64,000 nucleotides of DNA from Klebsormidium nitens. Lineage: Eukaryota > Plantae > Klebsormidiophyceae. Both the position numbers and the translations under genes were made by a program. Where the stretch lies: positions 1-64,000 of the forward strand of contig DF237217.1 of the NCBI GenBank assembly GCA_000708835.1. Direction: 5' to 3'. The notes under the pieces were generated by a model. That model was not told the DNA's origin and searched no databases. It was given only the letters and a program-made list of their open reading frames with translations. This document shows, one piece after another, positions 37,795 through 50,917 of the stretch. Numbering within the stretch: position 1 is the stretch's first letter; every line of letters begins with the position of its first letter.

Positions 37795-40700
37795 CTAACG
37801 GTTCAAGCAAGTGCGCATGGTCTGCTCACCTTTTCCCCCTCTACTCCGCTTGACGGCACCCCTTTCCGGTGCGTCCCCCCTCCCGGCAGCCTTCACTTTT
37901 CGTTGTCGAATTGCAGCAGGCTGCACTCTCTGTGCTTCGTTTTCGACGGCCTCCGCACCATTTCTTGATTCTCCGTTCTCGTGCGCCAGACTGGTGCTCG
38001 GTTGGTCGCCCACTTCGACCCCGCCTTTCCCAACGGCCGCCTCTTTTCTACTCCTCCCTGCAAACATCATGAGGGCCGCTTCAACTCCTTGTGGCAATTC
38101 ATTTGGAGCCGCCAACATGTCGAAGATTTTGAGTCGAAGAGGAGGATGTCATGTTGGGCGACCCCCAATATCTCACTTTCACCGGTTCAGCCAGTATTTT
38201 CCGTCCAGATGTTTGATAGAAATAACACCCTACTCTCTTGCATATGCCATATTGAACCGCGTTACTCAGGACGTCACAACGCACCTGTTTCGACGTCAGA
38301 ACCGACTCTAGACCAAGTTGACTATTTCGAGTCAAGGATTGATACCAAACGCACCCGTGTCGTGACGCAACATCAAGAGGAGTACTTCCAGGACGTCTCC
38401 TGACCTCTAGTATCGCCGACAACCAGACACGTCAGCAGATTTCAAATTCCACGTTGTCCTTCCACCCCAATCGTCTTGCTCGCGTCTAGAATCAGAGATT
38501 GCAAAATCAGCCACGCCTTCGTGTCTACTATCCTTCTAGGGTTCTTGCTTGTATCTAAGCGATTGCGGGGCATTTGGGGAGCTGATAGGTATTGGAACCT
38601 TTTTGCGCTATTCGTTCAATCCGATGGGCCTAGGCGCTCAAAGCTGCTCTCATCAGACAAAGTACGCAATGTGTTTTTCAGTTCAATCTTTCAATAAAAA
38701 ATATTTACTTTCGTAGGGTCAAGCGCGTTCATTCCATGACGCAGCAAACGGAACCATCTGCTTCAGAAACCACTCCTCCTCTTGCTGATTTGTCTTTCTT
38801 CACAAGCAGAACAACAGTTCCCCACCTTTCGCCCCGCCGACCACGAGACACGTCAGCCGCGCTTTCGTGTCCACTTCGTACAGCGGCGCGGGCGCAGTTC
38901 GCCCGTCCTGGTCCCGCCGAATCAGTCGCGTGTCCCACACTTTGATGAACCCGTCAGAGGACGCCGTAGCCACGTGGGTCGGCAGGGTTTTGGCGGGGCC
39001 AGCGCCAGTCGCGCCCGGGAGGGCGACGCCGCGTATTCTGTGGATGGAATAAAAGTGGAGAGTGCGTTTTGACCAGGACAAGGAGCGTCTGACTCAGAGT
39101 CCGCAGGTCTACGTATAGGTTGCAATCTCGTTAAATTCGCCCTCTACACGATGACTCGCCCAAGTCGAAGCGTCGTTATTTTATATGAGAAGAAGCATTT
39201 CAGCGGAAAGCTGGGATGCGACAACCCTGCAGAATCTTGTCTCGTAGGAGTTTGATATCTGAACCTGGTATGACTTCCTTTTGTCCCTCCGTGCGAGGTA
39301 AGTGGAACAGTGGAGGAGGAAGCGGGACAAGAAAACTTCGAGAACAGAGAGGGTTCGTGAAGTTGGAACCACAATATGGGTCACAAGATTCTCGGAATAC
39401 TTAAAGGCAGATTCAGAGACCGCCGCGCAGCAGGCGCACCTTTTTGAATGCGCATTTGGGACGTGCAGAGCGCTCTTCCCGCTGCTGAGGTCCCAGGCCT
39501 GCAAGTGGCCTTCCTCGCACCCCGTCACCATCACGTCATCCTGCACACGTCATCACATGATGTCATCCAACACGTACCGGAACGTCTTAGGCCAGCGGTC
39601 CGAACTTCCAATCAATTATGTCATCGACCAGAGAATTGATTTTCAGATCGGCAGACACGATGGCAATTTTCTCTGTTGGTTAAGATGCAGCCTTTATGTC
39701 AGCTAGATACCGGGCGGTATGCCTTCCCGTCCCTACTGCAAATGAAGCCGTCAATAATCTCGGAAGCCATATTTGAAAAGCATTTGCGCCACAACAAGCC
39801 TTTGGTTCGATAGAGTTGAAAGTTGCGAACCCGAGGAAAGGATTCGAGGCACGAGGGTCTGGAACTAGGGCTCTGTATAGAATGGTTAACCCGCTTCCAA
39901 GTGTTCCAATCAAGCATCCTCGGGCGCAGTCCGTCCCGTGAAGTTGGCAACGTAATTCTGAAAAAGGAAGTTGTGACATGCTTTTTTACCTGATCTTGCG
40001 CCCAGCTCAGGACCTTTGCGCTACCCCCCAGCCCTAGTTTCTCCTTGCCTTCCTGAAGAGGAAAACGGTCTTCGAATGTTTGCTTCCAACTCCATTTGTA
40101 TCACGGACATTCAATCACTTTCAGGAGTAGCACGACCTCGAGATGCTTTGCTGAGTCCTGCGCCCGTTATCTTGTCGAATCCGAGATCGTGGCTTCGAAT
40201 TGTAAGGCGTTTGACTTTGTCATCGAAGAAAAAGAAGGTCAAGAAGCGCATAGACCCCTGGCATGCGCGTCTCAAACCACAAGAATGAGAAAGCTTCGCG
40301 TATTAGTCCCTCTTAGCAGACCTGATGAACTATTGCAACAGTGTCAGCCGCCGTGCGAACCTGGTGCCTCTCCGAAAGCGAGGGAAACCCCAGCACAAGC
40401 GGCCCGTCCAGAATTGGACACTAATCACCAAGACCCTTACCTCAATAGTGATGGGCATTTCTCAGCTCCCGCAAGTCGTCAAGGATTCAAATTAACCCAA
40501 TCGGTTGAGCGAGGCAGTTTTCAACTCCATCATTTGCAAACATAGCGGCCCTAAGATTGACCAGGGTCCCAAAAACTTATTACTGCTGGAGCGCCGGTCG
40601 CAGGCTCCTCTACTTTATCGTCCTAATGGGACGCTTCGACTGGGTTCAAAACGGGATATGCAATCTAAGCTGGGGCAATCCAGTCCCAAAAAGTAAGTCC

Positions 40701-42756
40701 GCAGATCACTGAATCCTTAAATTCCGCACCTGTGCATCGTGGACGATGACGTCATTTCCGACTGCCGTGCAATAGCTGTTTCCCGCTTGGGGCGAGAAAG
40801 CGACCAGCAGCGCCTCCCCTCCAGTCTTTGTTGTATAGGAGCAGCGCCCCTTGACCAGGTCCCACATCTTGAGGTGCGTATCTCGGGAGACAGACAGCGC
40901 GAGCTTGCCGGAGGGATGAAGGGTCAAGTCGTTGACTGAGGATCTGTTTCGAGAAGAAGAGAAGAGTCGGTTCTCTCGCTCTTTGCAAATCGTGGGCCAC
41001 ATGCAGAACATACAATCAAAGGTGCAAAACTGCCAGGATGGAAAATGGAGAATGGTTGACTAGAGACTTGAAAAAGGAGGTCGAGTTGAATGAAAAGGTG
41101 AGTACTCTACAGCTGGCCTTCTGCTGTCACTTGAAGAACAACCTCACTGTTGAATAATCTGATCAGTGTAGTCTCCACCATCACTTCCACGCACTTGGAA
41201 GCAATCCGGGCCCTCGCCGGCTCCTTCTGCCTTGAAGAAGGCGACCGACTCAAAGACGGCCCAAAGCACGCAACCGCTTTGAGCCGTATGTCATCGAAGC
41301 GTGGACCAAACCACACCCATAACCGACGACTTCGATTAGCAGCAATTTCTAGCTCTTGAGGATGTAATCGAGGGCCTTGCAAGCCGGACAGTATCGAGGC
41401 TCTACGAACCCTGTCTAGAAAAGTGAAAGAATTGAATTCGCCACCACAATGAGCTCCTTTAAGCACCTCGCTGGAAGCAGTGTCTGGGGCTTAAAGCCAT
41501 CACTTCTGCTTTGCTTCGAAATCAAGTACTCTACTCAAGCCCCTATGAAAGCCTTACTTGGCGTCCCCCAAACAATTGGTCAAAAGGTCATGACCACACA
41601 ACAAGGTGTCGTCCTTGGAACAAGAGCCTCCTTGTGTCCACCAGAGAATCGACACAAGTCCTGACCACACGAGAGAATATCTTCTTGCGAAGGACAACTG
41701 ATTGTGTCCCCCAGACAATCGACACAAGTCCTGACCACACGACAAAATCGTCTTATTTGAGATTACAAGACTCACTTGTGCCCCCCCAACCGCTTCAGGA
41801 ACTGCCAATCGACCGTGTCCCACACGAGCACCGACCCATCCTCGCTGCCACTCAGGAGGTGCGTTGGCACGCCAAGCTGACCATAGAACTGAAGGCACGT
41901 CACGGCGCCTGCGCGAAAGGAAGGGCAGCCGCAATCGGAAAGGGTGAGCAGACAGATCGAGCGCCACACCAGAACTGTTGCTTTATTGACGAACATAGTG
42001 GAAGAAAGGGCACAGGGTGAAATGTGGCTCAGATTGACTGTAAGCTCAAGATGCCCTATACGTAGGATTGGCCCGCAATTGGCAATGTAAGAGAATGTCA
42101 AGAAGGACTTCAGTAACAGAGTTTGCAGCGCTGGCTAGTCAAAATGCATTCGGTCAAACCGACGTTTCTACCAAGACTCTCAGGATCGACATGAAGGTGC
42201 ACACCTGTGGGGTCTCACAACAAAAGCCTTACAATCTTTCAGAGCAATCGAAGAGGTGCAGTCCAAAACAATGACCACCTGGAGACTTACCTTGGTGCTC
42301 GGTCAGAGAGCCCATGTCTTTGCTGGCCTTGATATCGTATATTCTGTAAAGAAGCAACCACCGCCAATCAAGTAAGCAGATTCGTCCGCAGACATTTTAA
42401 TGCTTCGAACAAGCCCAGCGTTTCCAAATGACACACAAGAGGTTTGCTCTTATATGTCTCCTGGACAGTGAATGCACACCACCCCGCACATCAATGATGA
42501 TATCCAGAATCAGAATTCAAAGAGTAGATAGAGTCAAGCATCACCTGATGATGTCATCGCTTCCCCCGGACACAAGATAACTCCCTGACGCAGCCAGACT
42601 CTTGATGGGGCCCAAATGCGCCGCATACGTGAATGCTGCGGACAGCGGCCGAGGCTCCGCCGCTGGTGCATCGTCCGGCAGCTCGTCTTTAAGCGCGGTC
42701 GGCGCGAGGTGGTAGCCGAAGAGGAAGCGCTCGTAAGAGCCCGCCACTAGCTTCAT
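37795..42756 (-). CDS. PAK1IP1: WD40 protein, PAK1-interacting protein 1 / Mak11 homolog (60S ribosome biogenesis)
   Basis: Starts MKLVAGSYERFLFGY, with exons encoding AHLGPIKSLA..GSYLVSGGSDDIIR, HLLSGSEDG, VNDLTLHPSGKLALSVSRD..LKMWDLVKGR, HVATASSDGFIKVWD and ARLTCL. About eight GT-AG exons and a basic low-complexity tail. Confidence 0.88.
41588..41790 (-). repeat. Three ~70-bp decayed copies of the 3' end of a PAK1IP1 exon inside the following intron
   Basis: Units tgtcc.ccaga.aatcgacacaagtcctgaccacacga at ~41635 and ~41703, plus a partial copy at ~41590. They echo the exon end tgtgcccccca...caatcgaccgtgtcccacacga. Confidence 0.6.
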
Positions 42757-44662
42757 GGCGGCAATCAGCTGGAGCTCATTGATCTCTGAGCAGACATGCT
42801 TTGGAAATGCCACCCAGGCTTTTCAATGTTTGTAAATTGCAATAAAAACTTCATGAATTCAACCTTGAAAGAGGACGGTAATGGTTAAGGCTCTGTGAGA
42901 ATGATTTTACTGCCGGCTATGTGCCGGTCTTGGACAACCGGGATGTTGAAGGTACCCGGATCAAAGGTGTCTCTTGCAAGTTCAATCGGGCCTACCAAAT
43001 GAAGTTCAGACTTATCTGGACGGCCGGGATCGCCCCGGACGGATCGTACGGTGGAAATGCGTTAACGCTCGTGCCGGATTTGGCAGTGACGGTAAATTCT
43101 GTTGCATGTACCGTAGAGGACGCCACGTCACCACACCCACGACGATTTCCGGACATTTTCGATCACCCGCGCGTCGAAAGGGTCGGGACTTAAGGCTAAC
43201 CGACCGGGCACCACCGAGCGAGGTCGGTGCTCAGGGACTTAGGGAGACTGTGTTGAGTCCAAAAGGCAACTTCGAGGGCCCGGTAAAATCGGACCGGGTA
43301 GCAGGAGGTAGGTAGGAGGCGCACGGGGCTTAGGGAGGTCCGCCCCCCTTATAGTAGGCCAAGGAAGGGTGGTAACCATGGAGTCTCGGCCTAGTCTTCA
43401 GCATTTCAGCAGCGCGCTAGGCCAGATAGAGCGGCGTATTGCAGAGAGCATCGCGTCCGGTGAGATTAGGGTTGACATTAAGAGTTGCCAGGAGCGCATT
43501 GCTGTCAGGTGCCTCACGTGCTTGCATCAGCTGTGGGTGAAGAGCGGCAAGGTGGTTCAATGCAGGGGTGCTGATGCTAAAGTTTCGCAAAGGTGATTGT
43601 GGCGCTCTGATGGGGTACTTGATCAGCGCTGAGGTTCCAAAGAGCAAGCAGCAGAAACAGATTGTGTGCCTACATTGCGTGCACAAACTACTTGGCGTGG
43701 TGACGGAGAGCACTGATGGGTTGTCGATCATGTTAAGCAGCAGGAAGGATGGCGGACAGGACACGGCCGTCTTGCGGCGTGAGACTCGAAGAAGTCCTTG
43801 GAGCCAGACCCTCGAGCTCACCGACGATGTGCTAAGCTTCCTCTGTCAGCAAAATGTGAGCACAATGCCAGGGCAGAAGCCAGTCGCCACGGCGGCGTCT
43901 CAGATCGGCAAGAGAGGCATGGCGAAAGGGGTGCCGCCAAGGGCGAGAGGCGCTGCGGAAGAAACGAGCACCGAGGTGAGCCAGCTTGAAAACACTTTTT
44001 TCTTGACCATCATCACAACAAAATGTGTGCTGCAATTCCGCTTTGCCCAGCTCGTTTAAAATGCCATCGCTGCTACATCGCACGAGCAAATTTTCGTCAT
44101 CGCCATTCCAGAGAGTTCACGGTTCTGCTGAAGTTGCTCTACAATGATTCTGAATTGTGTGGCCACAAGGTGTGTCAATTGTTTGAAACCCGAGACACCA
44201 ATTCGAAGGGCTCCATAGTCTTGACGCTCCCTCACAACGGCAAAGAAGTCCCTCTAAAAGACGCGCTCCCTCGTTGCATTATAGGGGGCGGCGCTGGGCA
44301 TCAAGGACCAGGCGGTGCGCTATCTCGGGATAATGACGTCTCCCGACGAATCCGTTCGCGTCTATCTGCCAACCGAGTCGGCATCCCCTCCGCTTAGGCT
44401 CTACATGAGTGCTTGGGATCACAACGGAGAGGGCCGACCAAAGAAGCTGGGGAAGCCGGACAAGACGCACGCGCTGCCGGAGATTGTTTGGTGGGACACG
44501 CTCGGCGAGCTCTGCTGCTCGTGCGACCGGGGGCGGCTGATGGAGGACGCGCCGTGCGTGCACAAGCTGGCAATGGCGGCCCTCAGCGAAAGCCAGGCCT
44601 TGACGGCGGATCTGCCTACCCACGAGTCGCTCGGCAGAGGAGCGAGGGTTGAGCGGGTTGGA

Positions 44663-44679
44663 CACAACCAGCCTTGGGG
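44663..44679 (+). repeat. Left terminal inverted repeat
   Basis: cacaaccagccttgggg. Confidence 0.85.
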
Positions 44680-45714
44680 CAAACTGGGCCGGCCACGCTG
44701 AGTCGTGCGATTTCGCTGGGGACGCTCACGAGCGATCGTGGCCGTCCGTACCGGTATTCCGGATCCCGACATTGAAATGCCCGATTTAACGATTGACGGG
44801 ACAGGAAGAAGGTAAAGAGGAAGCAAGCTAGGGGCGCCGGGGAGGAGCTATTTTGAATTCAAATTTTTGGCGGTGATCTCCTGTGGTGCCCCCAGGCTGC
44901 GAAAGTATGCGTTGAAACTTGGTATACTGAGCGTCAACCGCCCGATCAGCATGCACACCAATTTCTAGCCGCTGGATACCTCATTTGCATGGGCGGCAAC
45001 CTGGAGAAGACGCTCAGGTGCATGGCAGGGGGGAGCGACCTGCATCGTCAAATCTGCATGGTCCTCCGGCCACAAAAATCCGACGCGGCTGACATGCAGG
45101 CCATGTGTTCTTAACATTAGGATAAAGGTTTTCACCGCACCGTTTGCGCTGGTTTCAAGGGGCGAGCCTACTGTGGCCTGTGCAAGGTAAGTGAACATGC
45201 AGGATTTGACGTTGCAGGAGATCTTCTGTGGTTTTTGCATGCTTGTTTCGGGCTTGTTTCATGGCTGACTCATCAAACAAAGCACGATCTCGGGTAGGCA
45301 CCTGCTCTATGTCACGTTTCTGGCTTGAAGCTAGCCAATTGCATTGCCCACGCAAGTCAAGGCCATGTGATTCCTCCTGGTTTGCAAGGCTGTTCTGCAT
45401 GTTAAAACTTCCAGAAACCTCAGGCTTCTTGTCTTGCCTTGCCTTCTGGTAGCTTCCTGAGTCTTGCTGTTGCTGTGTCTGCTTTGCTGTCGTGCTTGCG
45501 ATTTGCTTGCTTGAAAGAATCAGGCGCTGTGTTGAAAGTCGGGCTGTGGTTCAATGGCTCTTGCACCTGTGCCATTGCGTGCTTGCTTGGTGTTCTCTGC
45601 TTGCTTTGTCTTGGTAAAGGCTGCTTGTTTGAGTTACTGCTCTGGAAGTTTTTACTATGTTCTTAGTGCTTATATGCTTTCTCTCCCTTTGCAGGTACTA
45701 TTTGCCTGTGCGCA

Positions 45715-47100
45715 ATGGCTGGTGGGGAAAGGGAACGCAAGGGCAAGCGCAAAGAGTCCAGGTTTAGTGATCGCCCTCGTCCAAAGAAAACAAAAGCAGA
45801 GCTTGCAGCTTTGGCAGATAAACGTGCGGGTGTCTATCTCAAGGAGACTCCAGGCAGTGCTTTTGTCTTCTGCCCGGTTGACGGCAAGAAGTTGGAGGGG
45901 GCTTTGAAGAAGTGCCCTAGATGTCTGGTTCAATATGCAAAGGCAAACCTTACGCAGGGGGGGCCCAGCAAGTGGGCGTGTCTCTATGATGCTAGAGACA
46001 TTGCTGCCTTCTGGAGGAGGAAAATTTTTTGGCGTCTGGCTGCAACCAATCACTCTGGGGTTTTGTGGAGCACGCAGCCGTTTGTCCCTTTGCCTGCCTT
46101 TGAAGCAGTCTTCTCGGATGATTGGAATGAGCTGGCTGTTAAGACAGCCACTGTCGAGACGCATGTCAAAATTCTGGAGACTACCAGGGCAGTGCAGGAG
46201 TTTTGTGGGTTTGGGACAGTCAATGAGAAAAGGGGTCATGGGGCATGCAAGCTTCTGGCTTCTGGGGAGGTTCTGGTTGTCGTCCCACCTGTAGAGGTCA
46301 CGCATACTTACAGCAAGGCTGCCGGTGCAAGAGTCCATTTTGTTTACGGGTGGGTTCAGATGACCATCACGGGAAACATCAGCAAAGCTGAGGACATGGT
46401 GGAGCCTGCACAAGGTTGGCAGTTTGTGGAACGCTGGATAAGAGATCAAGTGTGGGATATGCTGACTGATCTTGAGATGGGGGTGTCAGAGGCAATGGTC
46501 GCAGCATCAGAAGCCATTCTCCTGTCAGAGTATGGGTCTCAAGAGGAGTGTGATGCGGCACGTGTTGAGAGAAGTATGGTGGTTGAGCATTATGTCATGC
46601 CAAGGCCAGCATCTGGGCCGCAAGTTGAGCGAAGGCGGAAGCAAGCAGCTGAGATGCATGCTGGTGGCCTGGATGATGGCTTCTTCTCATTGCCAGCGGC
46701 TGAAGAGGATCAGCCAGGTAAGCATTGTCTTGCATGTGCACTGTCCGCAAGTGGAAGCATGAGCATTTGGCAAGTAGAAACAGAAGCAGTCACAGCATTT
46801 TGTGATGGCGAGTGGAAGCAGGAGCATTTCTGTATGAACAAACACTGCAGTATGTTCGCAATATGACAGTTGAATAGTCAGAACAATGAGTATTGTCTTC
46901 TCTATTGAATCTTTTGGCTTACAGCATCTACTTAGATGTTCAATTTTCTGCTCTCCAATCAAACGCTAAACATCTATTCTATTGGTCTTGCAGAAGCCGC
47001 AATGCCTCTGCCCCTCGCCCTCCCGCCTCGGCCTCTCCCTCCTCTTGCCCCCCCCCTGGCTCCCCTCCCTCTCCCAGCCGTCGCAAACCCAGTCCTGTAA
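45715..47100 (+). CDS. Second gene of the nested transposon, unknown function, convergent with the transposase
   Basis: Open frame 45715-46717 (basic N-terminus, CP...CPRC), donor GTAAGC at 46718, probable last exon 46994-47100 (Pro-rich, in frame). An acceptor at 45694 suggests upstream exons. Confidence 0.6.
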
Positions 47101-47416
47101 CGATTACGACTGGTTAAGCCTAACCTCGTTCTCGACAGGATTTCGTTGACCTGCGGGTTAGCGAAACGGCGGTGGTTACGTCTTAACGACGCACTGCGTA
47201 GCTGTCTGTAAGACGGCGTAATATCCCGGATGGATCGGCTTCTGTGAGCCGATGTCACCGTCCAGGATAAGTTGTGTTCGGCTTCGCCGTTCGATGCAGC
47301 CAAGCTCATCTGTGCTCTGCACAGCTTGCGTGGCTGGTCTTGTCAAAGGTAGTGGACAAGAGAGAGCTATACGAATAGCCGCATAATCCACGTCGTATGT
47401 AGAGCTGTATGCTATT

Positions 47417-47608
47417 NNNNNNNNNNNNNNNNNNNNNNNNNNNNNNNNNNNNNNNNNNNNNNNNNNNNNNNNNNNNNNNNNNNNNNNNNNNNNNNNNNNN
47501 NNNNNNNNNNNNNNNNNNNNNNNNNNNNNNNNNNNNNNNNNNNNNNNNNNNNNNNNNNNNNNNNNNNNNNNNNNNNNNNNNNNNNNNNNNNNNNNNNNNN
47601 NNNNNNNN
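47417..47608. other. Assembly gap (N run)
   Basis: Run of n characters. Confidence 1.
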
Positions 47609-50600
47609 TGAGAGGCGCTCTTGCTGAGGTGATCCCAAGGCGCGCTGAAAAGCTTCGCATGGTTTCCGCACATGTGAAGTAGACAGGCAGACGTGTAAAC
47701 CCTGTCCAACCGTCACAAGTCCCCCGCCCCGCTGGTGCAGCCCCCCGGCCCCGGCCTGCTGCAGCCGTCTCCCTCGTAGCAGCCGTCTCCCTCGAGGCAG
47801 GCCCGTCCGCACCTGCAGCCGCTCCAGCCTCCACACCCCCCCCCTCTGCAGCCCCCCCCACGTCTGGAACTGGGGTGAGGCTGTCCGACTCCACCATCAA
47901 GCGAGCGCTGGCGCTGCCCCCCTCGCCTTCCGACAGTGATGTCGAGCTGGTGAGGTTCCCCATGATCTCTTTGTACCCGAGGAAAACCCGTGTGATGTCC
48001 GGCCCCAGCTTTTTGAGCTTGGTTTCCAACTGGGCTTTGCTTCTGCTCTCAAGCTGGCCCCTCCGCTGCGCCCGCTCAATTGTCTGCTCTGCTGCCTTGC
48101 TCCCATCCCCGAGGTACCGCCGCTCGTTCCTTGTTGCCGGCATGCTCACAGACTGCTCCAAGGCCAGGCGCTCTCTGCCCTTCGCCATAACCTGGAGGTT
48201 TCGCCCCTTTTGCTGCCGCTCATCCACTAACCTCTTGTTAGTGAATAACTGCATGTCCGTTTTGCCTTGTTTCAGCTTGTGCTCGACAAACTGCTGTGAG
48301 AGGTCGGAGATGTCGATGGGGAAGCGCCGTACCATGTCAGGTACGTGGTCCATTGCGAGGTGCATGTAGAGGGTGGCTCTCCCTGCCCCCACGTGTGCCG
48401 AGAAGCTCTCAACGTAAGCCACGAGCTTGTCTTGGACAACCACGCTCTTTGCGGTGCGCTCCACCTTGTCTGCTGGGTTGTTGAGGGGCTGCAGCAACTC
48501 GCTGTAGGCGGCTGCCAGGTTATCCCAGATTGCTCTGGCGTCTGCTCGCTTGTCGTCGTCGGTGATGGCGATGTCCAGGAAAGCATTGTAGGCAGTCGGG
48601 TGCAGAAGCACCCTTGCTTCCCTGCAAAGAAGTTTGTTGTGTTTCTTTATCTCTCTTGCTTTGTCTCCCATATTTTGTTTTTTTCCTTTTGAATGACAAC
48701 GCCGAAGATGCCAACACGAAGACGACTACAGTCCGAAGCCTACAACCTGAACGTGTCTGAGCCCGGACATACTCAGGGCCGGCTATTAGGGGGTTGAAGA
48801 CGGGAGGGCGCGCCGTTCTTTTTTCTTTCCTTTCTGTTGCTGAAAGTTGCTATTATCGGAATCAGAATTCTCAATCAGTATTTTGATATTGAATCAGAAT
48901 GTCTTTATGCAGGGCCTGTTGATGGCTGCCGGCACGCCGAGCTGGGCTGGTTCCGCATTGCAAGGGGGGATCGGTTATGCGCAAGGGATGTGCTGAAAGC
49001 AAGGACAAGGACAAGGACAAGTGCTGCAGGCTGGAAACTTAAGAGGATTGCAGAGAAGGGTAAGCCAACTCACCGGCCTATAAAGTTGATGTTCTCCGTG
49101 TCTTTCCTCGTGTCCCCGCTCGCCTTCCTCTGCTCCACCTTCTTGCACCCGAGGTGGAGTGCTTTGATGAGAGCGTTGACAGCATCTGTCTTCTCGGGGG
49201 TGTTGAGGTTGTCGACGATAGTGCGCAGAAAGGTGATTGCCATAAGGCGGAGCAGGAGGTGCAGGATACAGATGGCATAGGCAGTGATTGGGAGCTTGAA
49301 GAGGGGGGGGGTGCCGAATCTGATGCCTGCGTGGGTCTGCTGGAACTTGGTGATTTCCGCCTTGGTCTGGGGTGCGGGGGACTGATCTACTGCGTTTTGA
49401 TCGGGGAAGGGTTCGTGGCAGTACTGGCACTGCACACCTGGTCCGGTGGTCCAAGGTCGGTGAGCGGCCATCGCCATGCTCTCCGTCGTTCGGGGGGTTG
49501 CTGGGAGGGGGACCCGCCTGCCGTCCTTCAAGTAGGTCTTTCCGTAATTCTCTTTGACCTGCTCACAGAGACAGCACCCCTTGGCGCCAGACGCCCCGTA
49601 GTGACCCAGCAGCTCCGCCATGAGAACGTAGTCAGCCCCGCAGGTTTGCTCCACCTCGTACTCTGTGGTTTCTATCTTGATCCCCACTTCCGTCAGGGTT
49701 TTCATGTTCTCTTGAAAGGGCTCGAGGTACTCCTTGTAAGTGGAGTACTTATCTTTCCCCTCAAAGGTTAACGCCACCCGCATGTCTTTTGGGGAGTGGG
49801 TGACAACTCGCTGGTTGCCTAGGAGCTTGAAGCCCCATATGCTGTGGGACATTCCCCGCACCCACCCCGCAGCGTCCCCGCCCCAATGGATCCACAGCCG
49901 GTCTCTGATCAGGTGCACTCTGCTCTGCAGGTACCCCTTGGCTCTGTCCAGCCGCACAGCCTCCTCAATCAGCTGCAGCAGGTTAGCCCAGCATGCGGTG
50001 CCGTCCTTGTTCTGGATCAAGGGAATGATGGCGTGCAGCTCCTCCCTGTGGCTGTTTACCCTATTCTTGGACTTGAGCAGCGGTAAGAACACCTTGCTAC
50101 CTTTCCCTAAAATCTCCCGAGGAACCCACTGCTTGAGCTGAGAATTGTAGGTTTTGCTCAGGAGGTTTATCAAGTATTGCCACTTCTCAGAGTGTCCGAC
50201 TTTGCAGTGGATCTGGATGGCTAAGCACAGATCCAATGTCCAAGCGTCCTCTATTGCTTTCACAACTGCCTGCTGGTGCGGACGTAACCAGTCTGGGTGC
50301 AAGCTGCAACTCCTTTGAAAGACCTCCTGATTGTTTACAGCCTCGTCTAGGATGAGGCGGTAATCCTGCGGATTGCGGAGGTAGTGTTGGTAGAGAGCAG
50401 ATTGACGGGTTTTAGCGGTAGAGAAAAGGAAAGATAGCAAGTTTTCTACTGCCTTAGCTAGTTTGATCAGAGTAGGTTTACTATTACCACCCTGTATCTT
50501 CTTCCTTCCTCTAGCTACCCCAGGTCTGGTTGTCTCTTGCCGCTTCAGCTGACGCTTGTGCTCAAGGCGGATCGTCAGCAACTGTTTGTGCTGCTGTGCA

Positions 50601-50917
50601 ATCCTTCTTTGCAACCTTTGCAGCTGCTCGGTGTGTTCGGCTTTGAGGGAAGCAAATTGAGCTTGAGTTGCTGCAATGTAAGCGTCGTATCTTTCCTGAA
50701 CGAGTTCAGCTTCCCGGCTTATCCTGACTGTGGCTGGTCTTGAAGCAAGCTTCCTCTTTGGCGGAGGAGCAGCAAACTTGCCCCCTTCACCCCTGACTTG
50801 CTCTAACGCCGCTTCTGAACGTTTTCGTTTCAGGACGTCTTCACGTTGCCTTGCGGATAACACTGCGAAGCGGGAGCGGTGGCACTTTCCAGCCCAGCTT
50901 AGAAGGTCCAGATCCAT
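47609..50917 (-). CDS. DDE transposase of the RAG1/Transib/Chapaev type (~920 aa), apparently intact; 3' end uncertain near the gap
   Basis: join(50917-49074, 48621-~47711) with a phase-2 GTGAGT...TTTGCAG intron. Motifs WGGDAAG, GADYVLMAELLGHYGASGAKGCCLC, ICILHLLLR and TLYMHLAMDHVPDMVRRFPIDISDLSQQFVEH. No internal stops in either exon. Confidence 0.85.

Noticed and set aside
45715-46866. Calling the partner gene RAG2-like
   Set aside because: No kelch GG/Y/W repeat pattern is visible. Only its position and orientation resemble RAG2.
46974-47309. Minus-strand Gly/Arg-rich ORF (AGRGRGARGG...) as a separate RGG protein
   Set aside because: It is antisense to the C-rich, Pro-coding last exon of the partner gene. 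It could alternatively be a transposase tail exon, but the gap prevents a decision.
47176-47836. ORFs running through the N gaps (also 59783-60310)
   Set aside because: Their lengths and frames depend on the estimated gap size, so they are not evidence for proteins.
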